Shown here piece after piece: positions 8,468 to 18,673 of a stretch of 64,000 nt of DNA (position 1 is the stretch's first letter; every line of letters begins with the position of its first letter). Where the stretch lies: NCBI GenBank assembly GCA_902582735.1, contig CACHTB010000001.1, positions 640 through 64,639 of the forward strand, given 5' to 3'. This DNA is from an uncultured Pelagibacteraceae bacterium (GTDB taxonomy: Bacteria > Pseudomonadota > Alphaproteobacteria > Pelagibacterales > Pelagibacteraceae). The notes under the pieces are model-generated. The model saw nothing but the letters and a program-made list of their open reading frames with translations, did no database searches and was not told the origin of the DNA. Made by a program: the position numbers and the translations under genes.

Positions 8468-11242
8468 TTAATTTCTTACAATTTCAGCTTGTTTTTTGGA
8501 TGGAGAAATTTCTGTTTTAAATTTATTTGATATTTTTTGAACTTGAACTGCAGAAACTTTATATTCTGCACATTTTGTCTCTTCATCTTTACCATCCCCT
8601 GTAACCATATTGACCATGTGTTCTGGAAAATGGAAAGTTGTGAATACAATTCCCTCTTTTACTTTGTCTGTTACTTCAACTTTTAATGAAACCTCGCCTC
8701 TGCCTGAGTATAGTCTCGCTATATCGCCATTATTTAATTCTCTTTCTTTAGCATCTATAGGGTTCACTAGTAATATATCTTCATCAACAATATTTAAATT
8801 TTTGGTTCTTCTTGTCATAGTTGCTGCGTTATAATGCTGTAAAACTCTACTAGTGGTAAGAATTAGTGGATACTCTTTAATATTATTTTTAATTTCTGTA
8901 GATTCCTTCCAGTCAAAAGACTTTAATCTTCCTTTTCCAAGCTTAAACTCTTTTTCATGTAAAATTTTTGTATCTGTTCCATCTTCTTTTACTGGCCACT
9001 GTAATCCAAGTTTACCTAGTCTCTCTCTAGTAATTCCTTTAAAGAACGGAACAACATCTGCAACTTCTGCTAATACTTGATCAGCATCATAAGTTGGCTG
9101 ATCATATCCAAGCTTTTGCATCATTTCAGTAACAATGACACCATCTGGTTTTGTGCCTGGTAAAGGTTCAGCGGCTTTATTAACTCTTTGAACTCTTCTT
9201 TCTGTGTTTGTAAAAGTACCGTCTTTTTCTAAAAATGTTGTTCCTGGAAGAACTACATCTGCTAATTTAGCTGTTTCACTCATAAATATCTCTTGAACAA
9301 CTAATAAATCTAAAGACTCCATTGCTTTAATTACATGCGCACTATTTGGATCAGTCTGAACAATATCTTCTCCAATAATCCATAATCCTTTAACTTCCTT
9401 ACTTATTGCTGCATCAAATATTTCTGGGATTTTCAATCCAGCTTTTGTTGGGTGGACTGCACCATATTTTTCAGCGTAAAAATCTTGAATTTTTTTATCA
9501 GCTACTGGGAAATAACCAGCACCTTGGTGAGGTTGGCAACCCATATCCGCAGCCCCTTGAACATTGTTCTGACCTCTTAAAGGATTAACTCCAACACCTC
9601 TTCTTCCTATGTTGCCAGTAATCATTGCAAGGTCTGCAATCAACATCACAGTTTTAGAACCTTGTTCGTGCTCAGTAACTCCTAAACCATGGAACTCCAT
9701 AGAATTTTTTGCTGTTGCATATGCAATGGCTGCCTCTTTAACTAATTGTTTATCAACACCAGCAACACTTGCTAGATGATCAATATCTAAACTATTAATG
9801 TGATTTAAAAATTCATCAAACCCTTCAGTTCTGTTTTCAACAAAATCTTTATTTAGTAAGTTTCCTTTAACAATGTAGTAAAGCATCATGTTTAGTACAG
9901 CAACGTTTGTTCCAGGTCTTAATCTAATATGATAGTCAGCAAGTTTAGCAATATCAGTAGTAATTGGATCAAGTACAATTAATTTTTTACCTTTCATAAC
10001 CTGTTGTTTAATTTTTGCACCAGTTACAGGATGAGCATTAGTTGGATTTGCACCAATTACTAAAAATAAATCAGCGTGATAAATATCTTCTGTGGAGTTG
10101 GTTGCTGCTCCAGTTCCAAAAGTTTGTTGCATTCCCCATGCAGTTGGCGAATGACAAATTCTTGCACAGCAATCTATATTATTTGTTCCAATTGCTGCTC
10201 TTATCATTTTTTGAAACACATAATTTTCCTCATTAGTGCATCTTGCTGAAGAAATACCAGCAATAGCATCTGGGCCACTCTCGTTTTTAATCTTTTCTAA
10301 TTTTTGCTTTATATATTCGTAAGCATCATCCCAAGAAGCTTCTTCAAATTTTCCATTTTTCTTAATCAAAGGACTTCTTAGTCTGTCTGGGTGATCATAA
10401 AAACCAAACGCATATCTTCCTTTGATACATGTATGTCCTGCGTTTACCTCAGTTTCTTTTGGGGTATCTATTGCAACAACTTTTCCATCTTTTACAGAGG
10501 TCTCTAAATTACAACCAACACCGCAGTATGAACATGTAGTTCTAACTTTTTTATCAACTTTTACAGATTTAGATTGAAATACATCTGAAATAGCATCTGT
10601 TGGACAAGTATGAGCGCAAGCACCGCAAGATACACATGATGAGTCTCCAAAGAGCATATCATTATCAGTAGTAATTCTGGACTCAAATCCTCTTCCACTC
10701 ATTGTCAAAACAAATGAACCTTGAATTTCATCACATGCTCTTACACATCTTCCACAATTTATACAGTTGTCCAAATTCATTCTCATGTAAGAGTGAGAAG
10801 TATCTTTTGGAGTTCCTTTATGTTGTTTAGGGTTGTTATATCTATGGTCGCTTATTCCTAAGTCATTTGCTACAGTTTGAAGTTCACAATTTTTATCTAC
10901 TTCACAAGTATCACAATTCATTGGATGGTCTGTTAAAACTAACTCGACAATGTTTTTTCTTAAATTTTGTAATCCCTCATTGCTTGTAAATATGTGTTGG
11001 TTTTCCCCAACAGGTGTATGACATGATGCAACTACTTTAGTTGGACCGTCTTTTTCTAGAGCAACTTCAACAGAGCAAACTCTGCAAGCACCATAAGGTG
11101 CAAGGTTAGGGTCGTCGCATAGCGTTGGTACCTTCTTTTCTCCTAAATAACTTTTTACAAATTTTAAAATGGATGTATGATTTTGCCCTATTTCATAGGG
11201 TTTTCCATCTATATAGGCAATTTTTCTTTTTTCCGCACTCAT
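8468..11242 (-). CDS. fdhF: NAD-dependent formate dehydrogenase alpha subunit (Mo/W-bisPGD, Cys ligand)
   Basis: N-terminal 2Fe-2S and 4Fe-4S motifs; CSYCGVGC; NNIDCCARICHSPT active site; PLRGQNNVQG. Confidence 0.92.
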   Translation of the reverse strand: MSAEKRKIAYIDGKPYEIGQNHTSILKFVKSYLGEKKVPTLCDDPNLAPYGACRVCSVEVALEKDGPTKVVASCHTPVGENQHIFTSNEGLQNLRKNIVELVLTDHPMNCDTCEVDKNCELQTVANDLGISDHRYNNPKQHKGTPKDTSHSYMRMNLDNCINCGRCVRACDEIQGSFVLTMSGRGFESRITTDNDMLFGDSSCVSCGACAHTCPTDAISDVFQSKSVKVDKKVRTTCSYCGVGCNLETSVKDGKVVAIDTPKETEVNAGHTCIKGRYAFGFYDHPDRLRSPLIKKNGKFEEASWDDAYEYIKQKLEKIKNESGPDAIAGISSARCTNEENYVFQKMIRAAIGTNNIDCCARICHSPTAWGMQQTFGTGAATNSTEDIYHADLFLVIGANPTNAHPVTGAKIKQQVMKGKKLIVLDPITTDIAKLADYHIRLRPGTNVAVLNMMLYYIVKGNLLNKDFVENRTEGFDEFLNHINSLDIDHLASVAGVDKQLVKEAAIAYATAKNSMEFHGLGVTEHEQGSKTVMLIADLAMITGNIGRRGVGVNPLRGQNNVQGAADMGCQPHQGAGYFPVADKKIQDFYAEKYGAVHPTKAGLKIPEIFDAAISKEVKGLWIIGEDIVQTDPNSAHVIKAMESLDLLVVQEIFMSETAKLADVVLPGTTFLEKDGTFTNTERRVQRVNKAAEPLPGTKPDGVIVTEMMQKLGYDQPTYDADQVLAEVADVVPFFKGITRERLGKLGLQWPVKEDGTDTKILHEKEFKLGKGRLKSFDWKESTEIKNNIKEYPLILTTSRVLQHYNAATMTRRTKNLNIVDEDILLVNPIDAKERELNNGDIARLYSGRGEVSLKVEVTDKVKEGIVFTTFHFPEHMVNMVTGDGKDEETKCAEYKVSAVQVQKISNKFKTEISPSKKQAEIVRN

Positions 11243-12900
11243 TAATTATCTTTTACTATATCATTTTTAATTTCATCACCAAAATACTTTAATATGTTCA
11301 TTATGGGTGTTGGTATCGCTCCACAAAGCGCACATAAGCATCCTTTTTGCATGGTAACTAATAATTCATTCAAAAGTTTAAGTGGAATTTTAGATGTTCC
11401 TTTCTTTAATTGATCAAACATTTCTTTTCCTCTGTAAGATCCAATTCTTCCAGGAAAGCATTTTCCACATGACTCTTCAGCTGAAAACTCAAATAAGTGA
11501 TGAATGTATTCAGCCATATTAAAATCTTTAGGAATACTAACAACACTCGCATGGCCTAACATAAAACCTGCTTTCGTAAACTCTTGGAAATCTAAATTTA
11601 GTTTTTCGATTTCTGATATAGGTACTACTCCACCTAAAGGTCCACCAATTTGGAATGCTTTTACATCTTCTTTGTATCCACCACCATATTCTTCAAATAT
11701 TTTTTTCATTGGTGTTCCCATATCAATCTCATAAACACCGGGATTATTAAAAAAACTATCTAGACAAACTAGTTTTGTTCCAGCAGATTTTTTATTTCCA
11801 ACTGATGAAAATTTTTCTGCTCCATTTAGTAAAATTCCAGTTGCAGCTGCTAATGTTTCTACGTTGTTAACTACAGTTGGTTTTTTGTATAATCCTTCTG
11901 TTACAGGGAATGGAGGTCTTACATCTACTTCTGCTCTTCTACCTTCAATAGATGCTATTAAAGCTGTTTCCTCTCCACAAATATAAGCACCTTGTCCAAT
12001 GCAAATATTCAAGTCAAAAGAAAATTCTGTTCCTAATATTTTTTCACCTAATAATCCTGCTTCTTTTAATGAATTAATACATCCATTAATTGCTTCAATT
12101 GATTTTGGATATTCACCTCTTATATAAAGTACTCCTTCATTGCTACCAATTACATAACCACAAACTATCATTCCAAATAACACTTTAAGTGGTTGATCTT
12201 CCAATAAATATCTATCTGAGAAAGCACCAGAATCTCCTTCATCAGCATTACAAACTACATATTTTTTTTCTGATTTTGTTTTACTACAGAAATCCCATTT
12301 CATTCCTGTTGGAAATCCTGCACCACCTCTACCTGTTAGATTAGAAGATAATAACGATTTTATGATTTCTTTTTTATCCGTTTTAATAAATTTTTCTAAA
12401 TGCTCTTCGAATTGATCAAAGTTTGATAATTTATCATCCATTAAAAAACTTGTTGTTGCAAAACTTTTTGAAAAGAATTTTTCTTGTTTTATTTTTTCAC
12501 CTTTAATTATTTGATCTATTTGATTGATGTCATTACCTGCATAATTTTCTCCATCATAGTGAAACGCATGATTTTCATAGCAATGGCCAAGACAAAACAT
12601 CTCGCCAACTTTATCGTCACCTAATTTATCTTGTAATTTTTTCTTTAAAGGTTCTTGTGTACCTGCGCACATACAAGCACTTCCATTACATACAAAAGCT
12701 TTCTTCTCTCTGTGTGAGGGTCTTAAAAATTCGTAAAAACTTTCCGCTCCGTGAATAGTTGAAACACCCATTTTGTATTCTTCGGCTATTTCCTTCATTC
12801 CTGCATCATCTTTAGAATTCAAGGATCTGTCAGATAGCTTTTGAAATAGGTTATTTTTTAAGCCTATTCTTCCTGATAAATTACTTATGTTTTTAGACAT
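11242..12900 (-). CDS. Formate dehydrogenase diaphorase subunit: NuoE-like 2Fe-2S domain fused to NuoF-like FMN/NADH domain
   Basis: CNGSAC...CLGHC, then GRGGAGFPTG, NADEGD, YICGEETAL, ESCGKC. Confidence 0.88.
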   Translation of the reverse strand: MSKNISNLSGRIGLKNNLFQKLSDRSLNSKDDAGMKEIAEEYKMGVSTIHGAESFYEFLRPSHREKKAFVCNGSACMCAGTQEPLKKKLQDKLGDDKVGEMFCLGHCYENHAFHYDGENYAGNDINQIDQIIKGEKIKQEKFFSKSFATTSFLMDDKLSNFDQFEEHLEKFIKTDKKEIIKSLLSSNLTGRGGAGFPTGMKWDFCSKTKSEKKYVVCNADEGDSGAFSDRYLLEDQPLKVLFGMIVCGYVIGSNEGVLYIRGEYPKSIEAINGCINSLKEAGLLGEKILGTEFSFDLNICIGQGAYICGEETALIASIEGRRAEVDVRPPFPVTEGLYKKPTVVNNVETLAAATGILLNGAEKFSSVGNKKSAGTKLVCLDSFFNNPGVYEIDMGTPMKKIFEEYGGGYKEDVKAFQIGGPLGGVVPISEIEKLNLDFQEFTKAGFMLGHASVVSIPKDFNMAEYIHHLFEFSAEESCGKCFPGRIGSYRGKEMFDQLKKGTSKIPLKLLNELLVTMQKGCLCALCGAIPTPIMNILKYFGDEIKNDIVKDN

Positions 12901-12912
12901 ACTCTTTATAAA

Positions 12913-13752
12913 TTAGCTTAATACTACCCTTTTTTTATTATTATAAATATTAAAGCCACTTTCTTTTACAAAACCTAATAGAGTCATGTCAAAACGTTTA
13001 GCAAGATCCACTGCGAGACTCGTAGGCGCACCCACACCAGCCATAATACCAATATTTGCCATTAATCCCTTTTGAACTAGCTCAAAATTCAACCTTCCAG
13101 AGCAGGCAATAAACTGAGCTTTTATATTAAGCAGTCCATTTTGAATTGTATGACCTAACAATTTGTCTAAAGCATTATGTCTTCCAACATCTTCACGAGT
13201 CGCTATTACCGAACCTGCTTCATCAATTAATGCACTAGCATGAATTCCACCAGTTTTCGCAAACTCAGACTGCTCATTCATCAATAGACTTGGAGATTTT
13301 AAAATTATCTCCTCTTTTATTTTTGGAAAATGCGAATCTAATTTACCATTTTTTAATACTTCAATTGAGTCTAATGAAGTTTTTCCACATACTCCACACG
13401 AGGAATTTGTTACGAAGTTTCTTTTTAATTTACCAATATCTAAATTATCTGTTTTATTTATTGTAGCTTCAATTACGTTATGTAAATTATAATCTCCAAC
13501 AGGATCACCTATATGTTGAATGCTATCTATTTCATCCATATTCTCAATTATTCTTTCATTAAATAAAAATCCTCTAATTAAATCTTCATCATTTCCAGGT
13601 GTCCTCATTGTTATAGATATATTTTGCGTTTCAATTTTTCCATTCTTTTTATATTTAAGGCGCATTTCTAAAGGTTCCTCAACAGATACAGCATCTTTTA
13701 CGATTTCCTCTTTTGAACCTTTAATTTTTGATACGTTGTATTTTATATCCAT
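12913..13752 (-). CDS. fdhD: Formate dehydrogenase accessory sulfurtransferase
   Basis: TMRTPG, SSCGVCG, TGGIHA, EDVGRHNALDK. Confidence 0.93.
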   Translation of the reverse strand: MDIKYNVSKIKGSKEEIVKDAVSVEEPLEMRLKYKKNGKIETQNISITMRTPGNDEDLIRGFLFNERIIENMDEIDSIQHIGDPVGDYNLHNVIEATINKTDNLDIGKLKRNFVTNSSCGVCGKTSLDSIEVLKNGKLDSHFPKIKEEIILKSPSLLMNEQSEFAKTGGIHASALIDEAGSVIATREDVGRHNALDKLLGHTIQNGLLNIKAQFIACSGRLNFELVQKGLMANIGIMAGVGAPTSLAVDLAKRFDMTLLGFVKESGFNIYNNKKRVVLS

Positions 13753-14216
13753 TTTTGAGGGTACTTTTTTTTTAATACAAACTTATTGATAACTATCCCA
13801 AATACTAAAATAATTATTGATCCAAGTATAATTGGACTTAACAAATAATCGTAAGAAACACTTCCAATGATAACTATAATTGGATTTCCGCCTGCAGGTG
13901 GATGAGTCACATCTAAAAGGATCATTAAACTGACTCCTAAGCCCACACCTATTGGAATAGTTATATAAATTGGAAGTGGTACAAAATTTAAAACAATAAT
14001 TCCAACAGCAGATGTTAAAAAATGACCAAAAAATATATTTTTAGGCTGTGCAAAAGGACTTTCTGGAAATCCATACAATAAAACCATTGATGATCCAAAT
14101 GAAGCAATCAAAAATAAACCAAATGTAGTTTTGTAAGTTAAATAAGTTAAAGCACCTATTGTGATTGCAGAAAAAAGTCCTGCTAGTAAAGATTTAATTA
14201 ATCGATCTTTTTTCAT
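13743..14216 (-). CDS. HPP family membrane protein
   Basis: SFGSS, SPFAQP, THPPAG motifs. Confidence 0.88.
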   Translation of the reverse strand: MKKDRLIKSLLAGLFSAITIGALTYLTYKTTFGLFLIASFGSSMVLLYGFPESPFAQPKNIFFGHFLTSAVGIIVLNFVPLPIYITIPIGVGLGVSLMILLDVTHPPAGGNPIIVIIGSVSYDYLLSPIILGSIIILVFGIVINKFVLKKKYPQKWI

Positions 14217-14217
14217 A

Positions 14218-14616
14218 TTAAGATTTTAAGGCCTTTGCCAATGTTTTGAAAGGTAACAAAAGACACTCTTTTCTTGAAATATTTTTTTTATTAAAAAGTT
14301 TTTCTAATATTTTCCACTCTTTTGGAAATTTTTCAGATGCATTTTCAAAAAAATTGTTAGCAATAGTTATAATTTCTTTTATTTTTTTAATAGATTTATT
14401 AATAGATGTTTTTGACAAAATACTTGCTGAAGCTTGGCAATAAACACACGATTTGCATTCATAAGCAAAATCAGTAATTTTATCTTCTTTAACTATAAGA
14501 CTTACATTCATTTTATCTCCACATAATGGGTTTTTAAATTTAGCAAAATGAGAACAATTTTTTAAAACTCTATGGTTTTTAGTATCTGAAGCAATTTTTA
14601 AAATTTCTAAGTCCAT
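14218..14616 (-). CDS. IscU/SufU-like (NifU N-terminal) protein
   Basis: NPLCGD, C..CQASAS, RKEC motifs. Confidence 0.75.
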   Translation of the reverse strand: MDLEILKIASDTKNHRVLKNCSHFAKFKNPLCGDKMNVSLIVKEDKITDFAYECKSCVYCQASASILSKTSINKSIKKIKEIITIANNFFENASEKFPKEWKILEKLFNKKNISRKECLLLPFKTLAKALKS

Positions 14617-14660
14617 TTATTGATCTTTATTAAAACGATATATGACTTATATTTAATTTG

Positions 14661-15260
14661 ATGAGCGAAAACAATGTTTTGCCAGTTATATTAGCTGGTG
14701 GAAAATCAAGACGGTTTGGTGGGAATAAAGCAAATGCCAAATTGGGAGACTTAACTTTAATTGATCATACAATCCAAAAACTTAAGAATAGATTTAAAGA
14801 AATTTTAATCATCTCAAATGAGGAAATTAAGAAAATAATAAGCAATGTTTTTTACTCAAATGATGTTATGGATGGACAGCTAGGACCTCTAGTTGGCGTG
14901 CTATCTTCAATGGAATGGATAATAGATAATTCAAAAAATTATAAGTGGATTATGACATTTCCTTGTGACACACCTTTTTTCAAAATCGAAATTATTGATC
15001 AAATGATGACCGCTCAAAGACAATCTAGTAAAAAATTGTTTTTTTTAAAAAGTGGTGAAAAAAGACACAATATTTTTGGCTTGTGGTCAACGGAGCTTAA
15101 AGATCAATTAAGAAAAGATTTAGAGGCAGGGGATAGAAAAGTTGAAGATTGGGCTAATAAAATTGGAACAGAAATAATTGAATTAGATCTTAAAGACGAT
15201 AATAGTTTTTTAAACATAAATACTAAAATAGATTTAGAGGAGGCGTCTAAAAAGATATGA
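14661..15260 (+). CDS. mobA: Molybdenum cofactor guanylyltransferase
   Basis: ILAGGKSRRFG, GPL.G, PCDTPF, NINT. Confidence 0.92.
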   Translation: MSENNVLPVILAGGKSRRFGGNKANAKLGDLTLIDHTIQKLKNRFKEILIISNEEIKKIISNVFYSNDVMDGQLGPLVGVLSSMEWIIDNSKNYKWIMTFPCDTPFFKIEIIDQMMTAQRQSSKKLFFLKSGEKRHNIFGLWSTELKDQLRKDLEAGDRKVEDWANKIGTEIIELDLKDDNSFLNINTKIDLEEASKKI

Positions 15261-16498
15261 ATTCTTATAAAGCAGCAATAAGTAAATTGAATAACAACCC
15301 ATTAAAAATTGGCAGTGAAATTGTCTCAATAAAAGATGCTTTAAACAGAATATCGAGCAAAGAGGTAATTGCTAAATCAGATTATCCAGCCGATGATAAT
15401 ACAGCATTTGATGGTTTTGCAGTAAACTCAAAAAAAACAAAAAATACATTTCAAAAGTTTAAAATTCTTAAAACTATTGCAGCAGGGGACAACCCTTATA
15501 TTAAAAAAGTTAACAAATTATCATGTATTGAGGTAATGACAGGTGCAATTATTAAAAAACCTTTTGATACCATTATTCCAATTGAGGATATTGAGTTTTT
15601 TCCAAGTAAAAAAAAAGCAAAATATATAATTATTAATAAAAAAATTAAAAAATCAGAATTTATTAGACCAAAAGGCTCAGATTATAAAAAAGGAAATAAA
15701 ATAATTAGAAAAGGAGAATTAATAAATCCTGCTCATATCTTATCTTTAAAAACATTAGGTATAGATAAAGTCTTAGTTAAAAAGAGAGTAAATATAGTCT
15801 TTTACCCATCAGGAAATGAATTATCTGACAAAAAAAATATACCTTCTTGGAAAATAAGAAATTCAAATACAATTTATCTAAACTCTTTAATCAAAAGTTT
15901 ACCTGTAAATTTTACTATTCAAAAAATCTTAAGAGATAAAGATCAAAAATTATTTAAAGAACAAATATCTAAACAATTAAAGTCTAAAACAGACATCCTA
16001 ATTACTTCTGGAGCCGTCTCTAAAGGAAAATTTGATTTTATTCCAAGTGTTATTAATCAATTTAAACTTAAAAATCACTTTAAAGGAGTTGCAATTAGAC
16101 CAGGAAAACCAATCATGTTTGCAAAATTTAATAACAACAAATGTTTTTTTGGTTTACCAGGCAATCCCATTTCCTCAGTTGCTTGTTTTAGATTTTTTGT
16201 AATCCCTTTGTTATTTAAATCTTTAGGTTTAAAAGTAGAAAAGCCAATATTTGCAAAACTAAAAAATAAATTTTCCAAAAAGAAAAAATTTACGAGATTT
16301 GTTAAAGGAAAATTAACCTTTGATAAAAATGGCCTTGTTCAATTTGAGGTATTTGAGGGACAAGAGTCTTATAAAATCGAGCCTTTTGTTAAATCTAACG
16401 CTTGGGGTGTATTTAAAGATGGTGTTTCAGTATTCAATAAAGGAAATTTAATAGATGTTTACTCAGCATCAGGTCTTAATGAATTTTTGATCAACTAA
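15257..16498 (+). CDS. moeA: Molybdopterin molybdotransferase
   Basis: AFDGFA, MTGA, TSGAVSKGKFD, RPGKP, GLPGNP. Confidence 0.92.
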   Translation: MNSYKAAISKLNNNPLKIGSEIVSIKDALNRISSKEVIAKSDYPADDNTAFDGFAVNSKKTKNTFQKFKILKTIAAGDNPYIKKVNKLSCIEVMTGAIIKKPFDTIIPIEDIEFFPSKKKAKYIIINKKIKKSEFIRPKGSDYKKGNKIIRKGELINPAHILSLKTLGIDKVLVKKRVNIVFYPSGNELSDKKNIPSWKIRNSNTIYLNSLIKSLPVNFTIQKILRDKDQKLFKEQISKQLKSKTDILITSGAVSKGKFDFIPSVINQFKLKNHFKGVAIRPGKPIMFAKFNNNKCFFGLPGNPISSVACFRFFVIPLLFKSLGLKVEKPIFAKLKNKFSKKKKFTRFVKGKLTFDKNGLVQFEVFEGQESYKIEPFVKSNAWGVFKDGVSVFNKGNLIDVYSASGLNEFLIN

Positions 16499-16543
16499 TC
16501 GTATTTTCTTGTCTCAAATTTAAAATAAGATTAAAAATTCGGG

Positions 16544-17449
16544 ATGCTCGATCTAAAAAATCCAAAAGTTGCAATACCAATAGTTCTTTTTGCTGGACTA
16601 TTATGGTCTTTTGGACCGTATGTTGTAAGGCATATTGATCAACCCCAGTTGGTTCCTTGGCAATATTTATTTACAAGGGGATTGGTAATATTCATTTTAT
16701 TAAATCTTTATCTATATTTTGAAGAGGGATTAGATTTTTATAAAAACTATTTTAAAGTTGGTATTTCTGGTATTTTAGGCGGCATTGGATTGGGCACAGC
16801 TATGATGACTTTTATATGGTCAATCACAAATACTAGTGCTGCAGTAACCCTTTTATGTTTAGCTGCAATGCCATTTATAACAGCGTTGTTAGGGTTTTTA
16901 TTTTTAAGAGAAAAAATTTCACTTACAGTTTGGGTGGCAATTTTAGTTGCAACATTTGGAATTGTTGTAATGGCGTTTGGAACAGGTGGAAAAAACTCTC
17001 TTCCGGGTCTTGTCTTTGGTTTAGCATCTGCTCTTGGATTTTCTGTTTTTTCTGTAACTTTGCGTTGGAGAAAAGAAACACCTAAATTTACAACAGTAGC
17101 AATTGCAGGTTTATTTTGTTTTCTATTTTCATCGATAGTGTTGATTTTAAATGATAGCCAATTTTTATCTTCTAGTAAAAATGAAGCTTTGTTTGCAACT
17201 CATGGAACTTTAGTTTGTGCAGGTTTGATACTATACTCAATTGGTTCAAAAAATATTCCTGCCGCTGATTTAACCTTGTTATCTTTGACAGAAGTAATTG
17301 GAGGAATATTTTGGGTTTGGTTACCATGGCTTGGTATCAATGAGGTTCCAGCAACAAACACAATTATTGGTGGTTTTTTTATATTTATTGCAATTTTCTA
17401 TTACAGCATGATCATGCAATCCAATAGAAGGTTTATTGGTTTAAATTAA
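16544..17449 (+). CDS. DMT/EamA family transporter
   Basis: ~300 aa, ~10 TM, P...A......LREK repeat motif. Confidence 0.85.
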   Translation: MLDLKNPKVAIPIVLFAGLLWSFGPYVVRHIDQPQLVPWQYLFTRGLVIFILLNLYLYFEEGLDFYKNYFKVGISGILGGIGLGTAMMTFIWSITNTSAAVTLLCLAAMPFITALLGFLFLREKISLTVWVAILVATFGIVVMAFGTGGKNSLPGLVFGLASALGFSVFSVTLRWRKETPKFTTVAIAGLFCFLFSSIVLILNDSQFLSSSKNEALFATHGTLVCAGLILYSIGSKNIPAADLTLLSLTEVIGGIFWVWLPWLGINEVPATNTIIGGFFIFIAIFYYSMIMQSNRRFIGLN

Positions 17450-17455
17450 TTTCTT

Positions 17456-18673
17456 ATGGAAAGACCAGATTTTTTTGAATTAAATAATGGGGAAAAAGTA
17501 AAACTTCCCTTTTCAGAAAAAGAGTACAAAAATAGAGTATCGAAACTTAGAGAAGTCATGTCGGATAATAACATGGATATGGCAATTCTAACTTCGATGC
17601 ATAACATTGCTTATTATACAGGGTTCATTTATTGTTCATTCGGAAGACCATATGGATGTGTAGTCACAAAAGATAAAATAGTTACTATTTCTGCAAATAT
17701 TGATTCAAGTCAACCTTGGAGAAGATCACATTGTAATAACGTAATATATACTGATTGGAAAAGAGATAATTTTTTAAAAGCTATTGTATCTATAATTGGA
17801 AGAAATGATCCTCCAAAAACAATTGGAATTGAAAATGATCATGTAACTTTAGATATAAAAGAAAAATTAAACTCTATATTTAGCATCGCGATTTTTAAAG
17901 ATATTTCAAAGAATTTAATGAAACAAAGAATGATCAAATCAGATGAAGAGATTTCAATAATTAAAAACGGTGCTCGTATTGCTGATTTAGGTGCTGAGGA
18001 AATTGTAAAACACATAAAACCTGGTCAATCGGAATTAGAGATTGCAATAGCAGGAAGAGATAAAATGGAGAGGGAAATAGCAAAGTCTTATCCTGATGCG
18101 GAATATATGGATACTTGGGTTTGGTTTCAGTCAGGCATTAATACAGATGGAGCGCATAATCCAAAAACAAATAGAGCATTACAAAATGGAGATATATTAT
18201 CTTTAAATACTTTTCCAATGATCTCAGGTTACTACACTGCTTTAGAGAGAACATTATTTGTAAATGAAGTTGATGATGCATCTCTAAAGGCTTGGGAAGC
18301 AAATGTAAAAGTTCATAAACGTGGATTAGAATTAATCAGACCAGGTGCAAAATGTTCTGAAATTTGTGAGGAGTTAAATAATTTATTTGCTGAATTAGGT
18401 TATCTTCAATATCGAACGTTTGGTTATGGTCATTCATTTGGAATGCTTTCACATTTTTATGGAAGAGAGGCAGGATTGGAACTGAGAGAGGATATTGATA
18501 CTGTTCTTGAAAAAAACATGGTGATATCAATGGAACCTATGATTATGATCCCCGAAGAAAAGCCTGGTGCAGGTGGATATAGAGAGCACGATATTTTAGT
18601 GATTAAAGAAGATGGCGCTGAAAATATTACTAAATTTCCGTTTGGACCTGATCATAATATTATAAAAAATTAA
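17456..18673 (+). CDS. Creatinase (creatine amidinohydrolase, M24 fold)
   Basis: YCSFGRPYG, WFQSGINTDGAHN, YYTALERT, GHSFG, GREAGLELRED, GGYREHD match creatinase. Confidence 0.88.
   Translation: MERPDFFELNNGEKVKLPFSEKEYKNRVSKLREVMSDNNMDMAILTSMHNIAYYTGFIYCSFGRPYGCVVTKDKIVTISANIDSSQPWRRSHCNNVIYTDWKRDNFLKAIVSIIGRNDPPKTIGIENDHVTLDIKEKLNSIFSIAIFKDISKNLMKQRMIKSDEEISIIKNGARIADLGAEEIVKHIKPGQSELEIAIAGRDKMEREIAKSYPDAEYMDTWVWFQSGINTDGAHNPKTNRALQNGDILSLNTFPMISGYYTALERTLFVNEVDDASLKAWEANVKVHKRGLELIRPGAKCSEICEELNNLFAELGYLQYRTFGYGHSFGMLSHFYGREAGLELREDIDTVLEKNMVISMEPMIMIPEEKPGAGGYREHDILVIKEDGAENITKFPFGPDHNIIKN

Noticed and set aside
10130-10190. Selenocysteine in formate dehydrogenase
   Set aside because: The active site is encoded as Cys (CARICHSPT) with no in-frame TGA.
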